A stretch of DNA of 64,000 nt, taken from Armatimonadota bacterium. GTDB taxonomy: Bacteria > Armatimonadota > SYMT01. Position 1 is the first letter of the stretch, and each line of letters begins with the position of its first letter. The notes beneath the pieces were generated by a model. The model saw only the letters and a program-made list of their open reading frames with translations, searched no databases and had not been told where the DNA came from. This document shows, one piece after another, positions 46,341-56,730 of the stretch. The translations under genes and the position numbers were made by a program. The DNA is taken from NCBI GenBank assembly GCA_046292385.1, contig JBKBRF010000013.1, positions 80,663 to 144,662 of the forward strand, in the 5' to 3' direction.

Positions 46341-47867
46341 ATGCGACGCTACCTCGGAATCGCCGGCGTGGTGCTGGCCCTGGTCCTTCTGGCGGCGCTG
46401 GCGGGATGGCGCTGGCTGGGTGGCCCGACACCCACGGTCTTCGCAGAGGCGCCGTGGAGCCGGCCGGTCGAGCGGGACCTCCCCCAGATCCGAGAGGGAA
46501 AGGTCCTGCGGGTCCTCGCCCCCTACAACTCCACCAGCTACTTCATCTACCGCGGCGAGCCGATGGGCTTCGAGTACGAGCTGCTGCGGAAGTTCGCTAA
46601 GGACCACGACCTGGAGCTGCGGATGGTGGTGGTGCCGGACGGCGAGGGGCTGGCGCGGCGCCTCCGGCGCGGAGACGGCGACGTGATCGCGGCGCGCCTG
46701 AACCCCATTCCCGGAGAGGAAGCCGAGCGGCAGGGAATCGCCTTCACCCACGCGCTTTACCGCACGGCGCCCACGGTGGTGCAGCAGGAGCCGGTGCCGC
46801 TGGGGACGGTGCTGCCGGAGCCGGTGGAGCGCACGCTGGAGCAGGGCCCGGGCGCCGAGATGCTGGACCGGACGCGGCTCGACGCGCGCCTCATCACCCG
46901 GCCGGCACAGCTTGCCGGCAAGCAGGTTCACCTGCCGCGCGGGCATCCGTACCAGAAGACGCTGATCGAGATCGAGGATGAGATCTCCGGCGACATCCAC
47001 GTGGTGGAAGTGCGAGGGGACTCCGGGATCGAGGGGTTGATCGACCGGGTGGCGAAGGGCGAGATCTCGCTGACGGTCGCGCCGAAGAACGTGGCGCTGC
47101 TCAAGGAGTCGGTCTACTCCAATATCGAGGTGCTGCCGACCCTCTCTCAACCACAGAAGGTATCCTGGGCGGTCCGCGCCAACGCGCCGGAGCTGCGAGA
47201 GGCGCTGAACGCCTGGATCGACGAGCAGCGCCAGGGAGAGCTGCTCGGTCAGCTCTACCGGAAGTACTTCGTCGACCGCCGCGGCTACAAGGAGCGCGTG
47301 GAGAGCGAGTACCTGACCTCCAGCACCGGCCGCCTCTCCCCGTTTGACGCTCTCCTCCGGCAGCACGCGCCGGCGATCGGCTGGGACTGGCGGCTCCTGG
47401 CCTCGCTCGCGTACCAGGAATCGCGGTTCAAGCCGGCGGTCCGCTCCTGGGCCGGGGCGGCTGGCCTGCTCCAGCTCATGCCGGCGACGGCGCGGGAATT
47501 CGGGTGCCGCGACCGGAACGATCCGGTCCAGAACGTCCAGGGGGGAGTCCGCTTCCTCCAGTGGCTCCAGGAGTTCTGGGAGAACCGGATCCACGACGAG
47601 GAAGAGCGGCTCAAGTTCATCATCGCCTCCTACAACGCGGGCCCGGGGCACGTGGAAGACGCGCGGAGACTGACGAAGAAGTACGGCGACGACCCCGACC
47701 GCTGGGCGGACGTGGCCTACTGGATGCTCCAACTCTCGCAGAAGAAGTACTACGCGGACCCGGTGGTCCGCCACGGTTACGTGCGCGGCCTGGAGCCGGT
47801 CACCTACGTGGCGCAGATCCTCGACCGCTTCGAGCACTACCGGCAATTCGTCGTTACGGAGGCGTAA
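46341..47867 (+). CDS. mltF: MltF-type lytic murein transglycosylase (PBPb plus SLT domains)
   Basis: YFIYRGEPMGFEYEL, DWRLLASLAYQESRF, GLLQLMP, ASYNAGPGHVEDAR, YVRGLEPVTYV. Confidence 0.9.
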   Translation: MRRYLGIAGVVLALVLLAALAGWRWLGGPTPTVFAEAPWSRPVERDLPQIREGKVLRVLAPYNSTSYFIYRGEPMGFEYELLRKFAKDHDLELRMVVVPDGEGLARRLRRGDGDVIAARLNPIPGEEAERQGIAFTHALYRTAPTVVQQEPVPLGTVLPEPVERTLEQGPGAEMLDRTRLDARLITRPAQLAGKQVHLPRGHPYQKTLIEIEDEISGDIHVVEVRGDSGIEGLIDRVAKGEISLTVAPKNVALLKESVYSNIEVLPTLSQPQKVSWAVRANAPELREALNAWIDEQRQGELLGQLYRKYFVDRRGYKERVESEYLTSSTGRLSPFDALLRQHAPAIGWDWRLLASLAYQESRFKPAVRSWAGAAGLLQLMPATAREFGCRDRNDPVQNVQGGVRFLQWLQEFWENRIHDEEERLKFIIASYNAGPGHVEDARRLTKKYGDDPDRWADVAYWMLQLSQKKYYADPVVRHGYVRGLEPVTYVAQILDRFEHYRQFVVTEA

Positions 47868-49434
47868 TGCGGGGAAGCTCCGCGGCCCAGGGGTGTGCTG
47901 CTTTCAGGGCGGCGGTGCGGGTGCGGGAGGGGCGGTCGAGGCACTCCAGGATCGCGGCGCCGCGGACCGCGCTGTGGCGGCTGCGGAGCAACTCTGCGAC
48001 TTCGGCGGAGGAGAGCCGGTGGCGGAAGAGGGCGCGGGTCGCCTCTTCCCACATCGGCGGCCCCAGCTCCCGGGCAGCGGCTTCGTCCATCCGGACGTAC
48101 TCCAGCAGGAAGCGGCGTCCGGCCTCGCTGCGGAGCTCTCCGAGCGCCGGGACGATCGTCATCCGGGCGCGGAAGTCGGTCCAGGCGAGGGGGTACTGCC
48201 CGAACTCCGGGTTGGCGACCTTCTTCAGCGCGGGATCAACCCGCCGGAACGCGTCGACCAGCGTGGGGACCGCCTCGACGGCCCCCAGCTCCCCCAGCGT
48301 GCGGGCGGCGGCGGCGCCGTCGAGGCCGTGGTACATCCAGTCGCGGTGGAGGCTGCGGCCGCGGACCTCCTGCTCCAGGGCGCGGACGATCTCCGGCGTC
48401 TTCTTCCCCAGCTCTCCCAGCCGCTGCGCGGCCCAGGCGCGGGCGACGATCCGCTCCGTTCGGGCGCACGCGTACTCCGGGCTGCCGTCGACCTCCGTCC
48501 GCTCCGCCGCGGAAGCTTCGGAGAGGACGCGCAGGAGCGCCGCGGGCGAGGCAGGGTCCACCCTCGCAGCGAGCTGCCGCAGGAAGGCGGAAGGGCCGAA
48601 CGCGTCGGTCGGCACCGCAGCTCGGTTGACCTCCCACCGCTGCGTCAAGTCCCGGGGCAGCGGCTGGAGCGCCGCGGGCTTGCGGCCCAGCTCACGGGCG
48701 ACCAGCCGGGGATCGTCGACCATCACCATCGCGCCCGGCCGGGCGAGCTGCGCCCGGACCGCTTCCGGGTCGAGATCGCGCCGTCCCTCGAAGAGCCCCG
48801 GCCCCTTGTAGGCGAGCGGCTTCACCCGGGGATCCCGGGCCAGGTCCGGGGCGGTGGCGACGTTCACCCCCACCACGTGCTCCCAGGCCCGGGCCTGGTC
48901 CAGCATTCGAGCGATCTCCGCGTCGAGCCCCGGCTCCTTCACGTCGAGGTGGAGCAGCATGGCGCGGCGGCGGGCCAGCTCCAGCAGCGCGGCGAAGGTG
49001 GGGACGCGGTAGCCGCGCCCGGCGCCGTAGCCGAGCCGCGGCTTCAGGGAGAGCAGCTCGTAATAGGTGAGCTGCGGCACCGTCCCGAAGCCGTTCGTGA
49101 GGCGGTCGAGCATGTCGTCGTGGAACAGCACCAGCACGCCGTCGGCGGTGCGCCGCACGTCGACCTCGCAGCCGTCGGCGCCGAGGTCGAGCGCCGCGGA
49201 GTAAGCCTCCAGCGAGTTCTCCGGCGCGGCGGCGGAGGCGCCCCGGTGCACCATCACCACCACCGGGCCGGCCCGCCGCTCCGCCACGCGCCGCAGCCGC
49301 TCCGCGCGTGCCGCCTCGCTCTCCGGCGGCACCTCTCGCAGGTAGCCGGTCACCGCGCGGGACGCGCTCCCGGGCCCGGGCAGCGCACCGCTCAGCGCCG
49401 CGGCGAGGAGGGGGATCAGGACGACGCTTCGCAC
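47854..49434 (-). CDS. Glycerophosphodiester phosphodiesterase (GDPD) domain fused to HEAT-like repeats
   Basis: HRGASAAAPENS, EVDVRRTADG.LVLFHD, HLDVK, then LGELG-type helical repeats. GGAGG plus GTG at 49434. Confidence 0.82.
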   Translation of the reverse strand: MRSVVLIPLLAAALSGALPGPGSASRAVTGYLREVPPESEAARAERLRRVAERRAGPVVVMVHRGASAAAPENSLEAYSAALDLGADGCEVDVRRTADGVLVLFHDDMLDRLTNGFGTVPQLTYYELLSLKPRLGYGAGRGYRVPTFAALLELARRRAMLLHLDVKEPGLDAEIARMLDQARAWEHVVGVNVATAPDLARDPRVKPLAYKGPGLFEGRRDLDPEAVRAQLARPGAMVMVDDPRLVARELGRKPAALQPLPRDLTQRWEVNRAAVPTDAFGPSAFLRQLAARVDPASPAALLRVLSEASAAERTEVDGSPEYACARTERIVARAWAAQRLGELGKKTPEIVRALEQEVRGRSLHRDWMYHGLDGAAAARTLGELGAVEAVPTLVDAFRRVDPALKKVANPEFGQYPLAWTDFRARMTIVPALGELRSEAGRRFLLEYVRMDEAAARELGPPMWEEATRALFRHRLSSAEVAELLRSRHSAVRGAAILECLDRPSRTRTAALKAAHPWAAELPRITPP

Positions 49435-52400
49435 GGCGAGCCTCCCCCGTCGCGCCGGTGCAGCGCCTTCTCCAGCAGCTCGCGGAGGCGGACCGGGTCG
49501 ACCGGTTTGGCGAGATGCAGGTCGAACCCGGCTTCTTCGGCCTGCCGGCGGTCGGCATCCTGGCTGTAGCCGCTCACCGCGAAGAGCGGCGTTGCGGCGG
49601 TGGCCGGCTCCGCGCGGAGAGCGCGGGCGACCCCATAGCCGTCGAGCCCCGGCAGGCCGATGTCGCACAGGATCACGCCGTAGGCCCCGCGGCGGGCCGC
49701 CTCGAGCCCCGCGGGGCCGGTGGCGGCGATCTCTACCTCGTAGCCCCACAGCTCCAGGACGTCGCGCAGCGTGGCGGCGACGTCGGCATTGTCCTCGATC
49801 AGGAGCACCCGCCGCGGGCCGAAGCGGCTCGAGGACCGCGCCTCGCCCGCCGCGTCCGCGCTGTCCGGCAGCTCTTCGTCGGCGGCTTGAGGAGAGAGCG
49901 GGAGGCAGACGACGAGCTCGCTGCCGCGCCGGTCGCCCTCGCTCCGGGCGTGGGCGGTCCCGCCGTGGAGCTCCGCGATCCCTCGCACCAGCGCCAGCCC
50001 CAGGCCGAGGCCGCCGCGGCTGCGGTCCAGCGTCTGCTCCGCCTGCGTGAAGCTCTGAAAGATGCGCGGCAGCAGCTCCGGCGCGATCCCCACGCCGGTA
50101 TCACGGACCCGCAGCACTGCGTCTGCGTCCTCCCGCTCCAGCCGCACCTCGATGCGGCCGCCGGGATCGGTGAACTTCACCGCGTTGCTCAACAGGTTCA
50201 CCAGGATCTGCCCGAGGCGCACCGGGTCGCCCTCCACCAGGAGCGGGCCTTCCGGCAGCTCGACCGAGAGGGTCAGCCCCGCCGCTTCGATGCCGCTGCG
50301 GGCGTCCTCGGCCGTGTCCCGCACCACCGCGGCGAGATCGACCGGCTCCCGGACGATCTGCAAGCGGCCGCGCGTGATGCGGGAGACGTCGAGCAGGTCT
50401 TCCACCATACGCGTCTGCTGCTGGAGCTGCCGGCCGGCCACCGCCAGCGCGCGCTGGAACGCGGCCTGCTCCGGAGAGGAGAGACGGAGCACCTGGAGCG
50501 CGCTCCGGAGCGCTCCGAGCGGGTTTCGCAGCTCGTGCGCCAGCATCGCGAGGAACTCGTTCTTGCGCCGGTCCGCCTCCGCCAGCTGCTCCGCCCGCTC
50601 GCGGAGGTCGGCTTCCAGCCGCTTCTGGTGCGTGATGTCGTGGACGGAGGCGAGCCAGCCGGTGATCTCGCCCGCCGGATTTCGGAGCGCGGAGGGCAGC
50701 ACCAGCACGTCGACCCGCTCCTCGTCCGCCCGCCGGAAGCGCAGCTCGAACCCGGTGGGCGGCACCTGCCCCGCCAGCGTGTCCCGGAAGGTGGCTTCGA
50801 TCCGCTCCAATTCTTCCGGCGGCCAGTAGCGATAGGGGGCGCGGCAGCCGAGCAGCTCTTCCTCGCTCCAGCCGAGCATCCGGCAGAACGCCGGGTTTAC
50901 GTAGGTCTGCACGCCCTCCAGGTCGGTGGCGGCCACCCCCGCGAGCATGGAAGCCTCGATCGTCTTGCGGAGGGCGTGCTCGCGGCGCAGCGTCTCGTCG
51001 GTCTGCCGGCGCTCCGTAATATCGGTGGCCGCACCGGTGACGCGGGTCACGCGCCCCTCCGCGTCCCGGATCGGAAAGGCCCGGTCCAGGAGCCACCGGA
51101 TCTCGCCGTCGGGACGCACGATCCGGTACTCCGCCTCCGTCCGCTCCCCGCTCCGCAGCCGCGCCAGCAGACCGGCGACAGAGCGATGGTCTTCCGGGTG
51201 GATCGCCTCCAGCAGCGAGCCGGGCGTCTCGTAGAGCGTCTCCCACGGACGACCCCACACCGCCTCGAAAGCGGGGCTCACGTACAGCACCCGCGGCTCC
51301 CACGGGTCGAGAACGTAGAAGACCTCGTGGATGCTCTCGGCGATCTGGCGGAACCGCTCCTCCGAGTCGCGCAGCGCGTCCGCCGCGCGCTTCCGCTCCG
51401 TGACGTCTTCCTGCACGCAGATCCAGTAGCGCCGGCCGGCGAGCTCCAGCGCCGTGATCCGCGCGTAGGTGAAAAAGGTGCTCCCGTCCTTCCGCCGGTT
51501 CAGCCACTCCCCAAACCAGGAGTGCCCGCGCTTCAGCTCGTCGATCACGGCGGCGACCCGACGCTCGTTCTCCTCCGGCGGATAGGCGTTCTGGACCGTG
51601 ACGCGCTGCCCGATCAGCTCCCCGCGCTCGTAGCCGAACATCACGTCCTCGGCGGGGTTGGTGTAGAGGATCACGCCGCTCTCGTCGGTGACGCTCACCC
51701 CCTCCGTCATCGACTCCAGCACCTGCGCCTGCATCCGCAGCTCTTCGTCCGCGCGGACGCGCTCGCTGATGTCCTCGACGATGCGGAGGCAGCGAGTGCT
51801 GCCGTCGGCGTCGGTGAGCGCGACCCACCAGACGGAGACGTCGAGCGGCGACCCGTCTTTCCGCTGGTTGCGCGTCACGAGGCCGATGATCTGCTCCCCG
51901 TCGAAGATGCGCCGGAGACTCTCCCGGAACTCGTCCTGCCGGTCCTCCGGGATGGTCGGAAGCACCTGGCCGAGTACTTCCTCCGGAGACCACCCGTACA
52001 GGCGCTGGGCGGCGGGATTCCAGAGCTCCACCCGGCCCTGCTCGTCCAGAATCATCAGGGCGAGCGGCGAGCCGTTGATCAGCGCCTGGAGCGTGCTGTT
52101 CGTCCGCCGCAAGTCTTCGCTGCGCTGCTGCGCCGTCCGGTAGAGGCGCGCGTTCTCGATGGCGATCCCTGCCCGCGCCCCCAGCTCTTCGACCAGCGCG
52201 ATATCGGTCTCCGAATAGCGATAGCCCGATTCCGCCGCGATCAGGGTGATGACGCCGAGCGTGCGGTCGCCGCTGCGGAGCGGCACGATCAGGACGGACG
52301 AGAAGCCGACTTCCCGCAGGAGCTGCAGGTGCTCCGGGCTCTGCGCCGCCGCGACCAGCATCTCGTCCGTAATCTCGGGATAGCTCTCCGTCTTGCCGGT

Positions 52401-53144
52401 CCGCAGGACATTGGCGACCCCGGTGGAGGCCTCCGGATCGTAGGGGTAGCGCGCCTGGATCTCCTGCGCCCAGCGCACCTTCTCCGGATCGGCGTGCGCC
52501 ACCGCCGCCTGCAGGACGGTGCCGTCCTCCTCCAGCACGTGCACGGTGCACCAGTCCGCCAGGTGCGGCACGATCAGGTCTGCCACGTGGCTCAGCGTGG
52601 TGCGGTAGTCGATCGAAGAGGAGAGGATCTGAGAAGCCTGGGAGAGGTACCGCACCTGGTCCGCCGCGCGGCGCTGCTCCGTGATGTCGTAAGAGGTCAC
52701 GATGCCCGCGACGATCCGCCCGTCGGCATCGCGCACCGGAGAGGCGTCCACGCGGACGATCCGGCGCGCGCCGCCGCTCAGGATCTCGATCTCCTCTCCG
52801 GCCACCGTCTCACCGTGGAGTATGGCGCGCGCCAGCGGCCACTCTTCCGCGGAGTAGCGGCGTCCGTCCCGGTGAAAGCCCGGATAGTCGCCGTAGTCCT
52901 GCACGGACCCCGACCCGGAGGGCGCCACGGTCACCCCCCAGATCTCCGTGGCCCGGCGGTTGGCGTAGAGCACGCGCCCGGTGGGCGCTTCCGCGATGAA
53001 GATGGCGGCCGGCGTCTGGTCGAGCAGCCCTTCGAGCGACAGCTCGCTGCCGGAGAGGCGCAGGACAAGGCTGAGGGCGCCGCTCTCCGTCTCCGGAGCC
53101 GCATCCTTGGTTCCCAACCCCTCGCTGCTGCGCCGGGTCTTCAT
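49416..53144 (-). CDS. Cytoplasmic hybrid sensor histidine kinase (about 5 PAS, GAF, HisKA, HATPase, REC)
   Basis: LAHELRNPL, NLLSNAVKFT, DTGVGI, GGLGLGL, REC motif LCDIGLPGLDG...KP, multiple PAC DITE/DVTE motifs. Confidence 0.93.
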   Translation of the reverse strand: MKTRRSSEGLGTKDAAPETESGALSLVLRLSGSELSLEGLLDQTPAAIFIAEAPTGRVLYANRRATEIWGVTVAPSGSGSVQDYGDYPGFHRDGRRYSAEEWPLARAILHGETVAGEEIEILSGGARRIVRVDASPVRDADGRIVAGIVTSYDITEQRRAADQVRYLSQASQILSSSIDYRTTLSHVADLIVPHLADWCTVHVLEEDGTVLQAAVAHADPEKVRWAQEIQARYPYDPEASTGVANVLRTGKTESYPEITDEMLVAAAQSPEHLQLLREVGFSSVLIVPLRSGDRTLGVITLIAAESGYRYSETDIALVEELGARAGIAIENARLYRTAQQRSEDLRRTNSTLQALINGSPLALMILDEQGRVELWNPAAQRLYGWSPEEVLGQVLPTIPEDRQDEFRESLRRIFDGEQIIGLVTRNQRKDGSPLDVSVWWVALTDADGSTRCLRIVEDISERVRADEELRMQAQVLESMTEGVSVTDESGVILYTNPAEDVMFGYERGELIGQRVTVQNAYPPEENERRVAAVIDELKRGHSWFGEWLNRRKDGSTFFTYARITALELAGRRYWICVQEDVTERKRAADALRDSEERFRQIAESIHEVFYVLDPWEPRVLYVSPAFEAVWGRPWETLYETPGSLLEAIHPEDHRSVAGLLARLRSGERTEAEYRIVRPDGEIRWLLDRAFPIRDAEGRVTRVTGAATDITERRQTDETLRREHALRKTIEASMLAGVAATDLEGVQTYVNPAFCRMLGWSEEELLGCRAPYRYWPPEELERIEATFRDTLAGQVPPTGFELRFRRADEERVDVLVLPSALRNPAGEITGWLASVHDITHQKRLEADLRERAEQLAEADRRKNEFLAMLAHELRNPLGALRSALQVLRLSSPEQAAFQRALAVAGRQLQQQTRMVEDLLDVSRITRGRLQIVREPVDLAAVVRDTAEDARSGIEAAGLTLSVELPEGPLLVEGDPVRLGQILVNLLSNAVKFTDPGGRIEVRLEREDADAVLRVRDTGVGIAPELLPRIFQSFTQAEQTLDRSRGGLGLGLALVRGIAELHGGTAHARSEGDRRGSELVVCLPLSPQAADEELPDSADAAGEARSSSRFGPRRVLLIEDNADVAATLRDVLELWGYEVEIAATGPAGLEAARRGAYGVILCDIGLPGLDGYGVARALRAEPATAATPLFAVSGYSQDADRRQAEEAGFDLHLAKPVDPVRLRELLEKALHRRDGGGSPCEASS

Positions 53145-53154
53145 CGTTCAGCGT

Positions 53155-54282
53155 CTACGCCGGGCCGGAAGCAAGGTGCTCCGGGTTGAGCCCTACCAGG
53201 TCATCGGTCACAAAGAGACCGTCCCGCCGGACCAGCTCGCCATCGAAGTAAATCTCGCCGCCGCCGTACTCCGGCCGCTGGATCAGCACCAGGTCCCAGT
53301 GCACCTGGCTGCGGTTGCCGTTGTCCGCGATCTCATAGGCGTTGCCGGGCGTGAAGTGGATGCTGCCGGCGATCTTCTCGTCGAAGAGCGTGTCGCGCAT
53401 CGGATGCAGCACGTGCGGATGGAAGCCGAGGCTGAACTCGCCGATGTAGCGCGCGCCTTCGTCCGAGTCGAGGATCTGGTTCAGCGCGCCGGTGTCGGAA
53501 GCGGTCGCTTCCACGATCTTTCCGTCCTTCAGCGTGAACCGGATGTTCTCGAACGTCTTGCCCTGGTAGACGGAGACGGTGTTGAAGCTGATCGTGCCGT
53601 TCACCCGCTCCTTCTGCGGCGCGGTGAAGCACTCGCCGTCCGGGATGTTCCGGCGGCCGGTGCACGGGATGACGTCGATCTCGCCCTTGTCCATCGTCAG
53701 GTCGGTGCCGGGACCCACCAGCCGGATCTCCCGCGTGCGCCGCAGCCGCTCCACCAGTGGCTGGACCGCCTGGTCCATGCGGGCATAGTCGAAGCAGCAG
53801 GCGCGGAAGTAGAAGTCCTCGAAGGCGTCGGTGCTCATCCCCGCGGACTGTGCCATGGAGGGAGACGGCCACCGCAGCACCACCCACCGGGTATGGCTGC
53901 AGCGCTGGTCGCTGTGGACCGGCTGCCACCAGTGCCGCTGGTAGAGCGAAAGGCGCTCCGCCGGCACGTCGGCCAGCTCGGTGGCGTTGGCGCCGCCGCG
54001 GAGGCCGATGTAGCAGTCCATCTTCCGCATCCGCGCCAGCTCCAGCTCGCCGATCAGCCGCATCTGCTCTTCCGTAGCGCCCCGGTAGAGCTCCCGCAGC
54101 ACCCGGTTGTGACGCGTCTCCACCACCGGCACCGCCCCCGCCGCCGCCAGGGAGCGGACCACCGCCGCGGTCGCTTCCGGCGGGATGTCGAACGCCTCCA
54201 GAAACACCCTGTCGCCGGGCTGGATGGCAAGCGAGTGGCGGATCAATACGTCGGCGAGCTGCTGAATGCGAGGGTCGAGCAT
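53155..54282 (-). CDS. M29 family aminopeptidase (PepS/AmpS-like)
   Basis: MLDPRIQQLA start, NIPDGECFTAP, GARYIGEFSLG, LFDEKIAGSIH, NRSQVHWD. Confidence 0.92.
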   Translation of the reverse strand: MLDPRIQQLADVLIRHSLAIQPGDRVFLEAFDIPPEATAAVVRSLAAAGAVPVVETRHNRVLRELYRGATEEQMRLIGELELARMRKMDCYIGLRGGANATELADVPAERLSLYQRHWWQPVHSDQRCSHTRWVVLRWPSPSMAQSAGMSTDAFEDFYFRACCFDYARMDQAVQPLVERLRRTREIRLVGPGTDLTMDKGEIDVIPCTGRRNIPDGECFTAPQKERVNGTISFNTVSVYQGKTFENIRFTLKDGKIVEATASDTGALNQILDSDEGARYIGEFSLGFHPHVLHPMRDTLFDEKIAGSIHFTPGNAYEIADNGNRSQVHWDLVLIQRPEYGGGEIYFDGELVRRDGLFVTDDLVGLNPEHLASGPA

Positions 54283-54398
54283 CGATTCTTTCCTGGTCCC
54301 CAAGGGAGCGCGAATGAGGAAAGTATACCGTGCCGCGGAGGCAAGCTGCTCTTTGCCGGGAGGCGAGAAAAGGGCGGCAGGCTGGTCACTTCGGCGCG

Positions 54399-54447
54399 GC
54401 CTCACCCCCGGCCCCTCTCCTCGCAGGAGAGGGGCCGGGGGTGAGGC
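54399..54447. repeat. Perfect 23-bp stem palindrome (CCTCACCCCCGGCCCCTCTCC family)
   Basis: GCCTCACCCCCGGCCCCTCTCCT-CGC-AGGAGAGGGGCCGGGGGTGAGGC. Nearby are a hexamer tract (54498-54533) and a CCCTA tract (54570-54600). Confidence 0.8.
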
Positions 54448-54597
54448 GGCGTGAGCAGGTTCGCCCTTCGCTGGGGTCTCCGGACTCGATCAGCCTCAGA
54501 GAAAGAGAACGAGAAGGAGAAGGAGTAGGAGTGGCTGTACAGGCCGGGAGCATCCTGGCACGCACAGACCTACACCCTACCCCCTAGACGCCACCCC

Positions 54598-55971
54598 CTA
54601 GCGAGACGCTTTCCACGTCAGGAACAGGCCCACCAGCAGCCCGATGGCGTTGCAGCCCCAGGCGGCGTGGAGCGGCTCCATGCGGCCGTTCTCGCCGAGC
54701 ACGCCGAAGAAGCTCATCCCGACGTAGTAGAGGATAATGATCAGCAGGCTGAGACCGATGCCGACGCCGGCGGTGGAGCGCTGGCGGCGGATGCCGAGGG
54801 GTGCGCCGATCAGGGCGAAGACCATCGCGGCGAACGGGATGGCGAGCTTCCGCTCCAGCTCCACGCGCAGCTCCCGGAGCACCTTCGGCTTCACCTTGTC
54901 GCCCTTGAGCTGCTCGATGTAGGCCTTCAGCTCGCGGTACGACATGCTGTCCGCGTCCTTCTGCTCCTCCACCACCTGCTCCGGCTTCTTGTTCAGCTCC
55001 AGGGTCATCTCCCCGCGGGCGCGCCAGGTGACGCGCTGGTCGCTCACCACGGTGTGGCGGAACTGCGTCTCCGCGTTGATGAACTTCCACTCCGACTCAC
55101 CGATGTACTCGGCCCGCTCGGCGGCGACGATGGTGTTCCAGATGCCGTCCTCGTCGTACTGGATGTAGGTAACGTCCCGCATGTAGGCGGGGCGGCCGTC
55201 CTGCTCCGGCACGAACTTCTTGGCGGCGACCAGGCGGGTGAGCTTCTTGTTCTCGATGTCCTGGATGATGAACGCCTTGTCGCCGGCGAGATCTTCCACG
55301 ATCTGGCCCTTCAGCAGCGCCTTCACCTGCGTCTCGACCATGTGGAGGCGCTGCCCGGCCGGCGGGATGACGTACTCGTTCATCGCCAGCCCGGCGAAGC
55401 TTAGCACCAGCCCGAGCAGGAACGCGTTGCGCACGATCCGCAGGTTGTTGATGCCTCCCGCCTGCATGGCGATCAGCTCGCTGTCCCCGGAAAGGCGCCC
55501 GAACGCCATCAGACCGGAGAGGAGCATCGACATCGGGATGCAGTAGACGGCGGAGGTGACCACCCGCAGCCAGAGCATCTCCCCCACCATCTCGATCGGC
55601 GCCCCGCGCGCGGCGAACTGCGCCAGCCGGAAGAGGTTGAGCGAGAAGACGAACAGGATGATGAAGAGGGTCCACCCGAAGAGCAGCGGCCCCAGCAGCT
55701 CCCCCATCACGTACCGGTCGACCAGCTTCGGGAAGAAGAGCCGCATGATCATGCGGACCGGAAAGAAGAGCACGTCGGTGACGCCGAACGACAGCCCGCC
55801 CTGGCGCTCCGGCGCGGCCTCGCGGCGGCGGGACGCGCGAGCGGGCTCCGCCGGCGGCTCGGGCGCGGCCGCCTCGGGGAGGGTTTCCGCCGGCGACGGC
55901 GCGGGCTCGGGCGCACCGGGGGGCGGCAGGGTGGCGGTGCCGCTCTCGTTCTTCTCGCGATCAGTACTCAT
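54598..55971 (-). CDS. lptF: LptF/LptG family permease
   Basis: DRYVMGEL, FGRLSGDSELIAMQAGG, NEYVIP, KLAIPFAAMVFALIGAPLG. Adjacent to lptB. Confidence 0.88.
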   Translation of the reverse strand: MSTDREKNESGTATLPPPGAPEPAPSPAETLPEAAAPEPPAEPARASRRREAAPERQGGLSFGVTDVLFFPVRMIMRLFFPKLVDRYVMGELLGPLLFGWTLFIILFVFSLNLFRLAQFAARGAPIEMVGEMLWLRVVTSAVYCIPMSMLLSGLMAFGRLSGDSELIAMQAGGINNLRIVRNAFLLGLVLSFAGLAMNEYVIPPAGQRLHMVETQVKALLKGQIVEDLAGDKAFIIQDIENKKLTRLVAAKKFVPEQDGRPAYMRDVTYIQYDEDGIWNTIVAAERAEYIGESEWKFINAETQFRHTVVSDQRVTWRARGEMTLELNKKPEQVVEEQKDADSMSYRELKAYIEQLKGDKVKPKVLRELRVELERKLAIPFAAMVFALIGAPLGIRRQRSTAGVGIGLSLLIIILYYVGMSFFGVLGENGRMEPLHAAWGCNAIGLLVGLFLTWKASR

Positions 55972-56004
55972 CGATGCGCCGCTGTGTTTCCGTGGGGGAG
56001 AGCC

Positions 56005-56730
56005 CTAAAGTGAGAAATGCGCGCCGAGATAGTGCTCGCGCGCCTGGCGATCCTGGGCGATCTCCTGCGAGGTTCCCGAGGCGATAATCCTACCATCTTT
56101 TACGATGTAGCTGCGGTCCGTGATCGCCAGCGTCTCTCGCACGTTGTGATCGGTGATCAGCACGCCGATGTTCCGCGTCTTCAGGTCCGCGACCATCTCC
56201 TGGATCGCGTGGACTTCGATCGGGTCGACCCCGGTGAACGGCTCGTCCAGCAGGATGAAGCGCGGCTGGGTGGAGAGCGCCCGCGCCAGCTCCACGCGCC
56301 GCCGCTCGCCGCCGGAGAGGGTGGCGCCGCGGCTCTTGCGGAGGTGGGTCAGGTTGAACTCTTCCAGGAGCTGGTCCACCCGGCTGCGGCGCTCCTTCCA
56401 GGAGAGCCGGTGCATCTGGAGGATCAGGTAGAGGTTCTCCTCTACGGTGAGCTTCCGAAACACCGAGGGCTCCTGCGGCAGGTAGCCGATGCCGGCGCGC
56501 GCGCGGCGGTACATCGGCAGCCGGCTGATGTTCTTGTCTCCCAGCCACACCTTGCCGCCGTCCGGCGAGAGCAGGCCGACCACCATGTAGAAGGTGGTCG
56601 TCTTCCCCGCGCCGTTCTGTCCCAGCAGCCCCACCACCTCGCCCTGGCGGACCTCCAGCGAGATCCCATCGACCACGCGGCGGCGGCGGAAGCTCTTGAC
56701 CAACCCCTCGGTCCGGATCACGTCGCTCAC
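56005..56730 (-). CDS. lptB: LPS export ABC transporter ATP-binding protein
   Basis: GQNGAGKTTTFYM, GYLPQEPSVF, LSGGERRRVE, LDEPF, ITDHNVRETL. Confidence 0.95.
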   Translation of the reverse strand: MSDVIRTEGLVKSFRRRRVVDGISLEVRQGEVVGLLGQNGAGKTTTFYMVVGLLSPDGGKVWLGDKNISRLPMYRRARAGIGYLPQEPSVFRKLTVEENLYLILQMHRLSWKERRSRVDQLLEEFNLTHLRKSRGATLSGGERRRVELARALSTQPRFILLDEPFTGVDPIEVHAIQEMVADLKTRNIGVLITDHNVRETLAITDRSYIVKDGRIIASGTSQEIAQDRQAREHYLGAHFSL

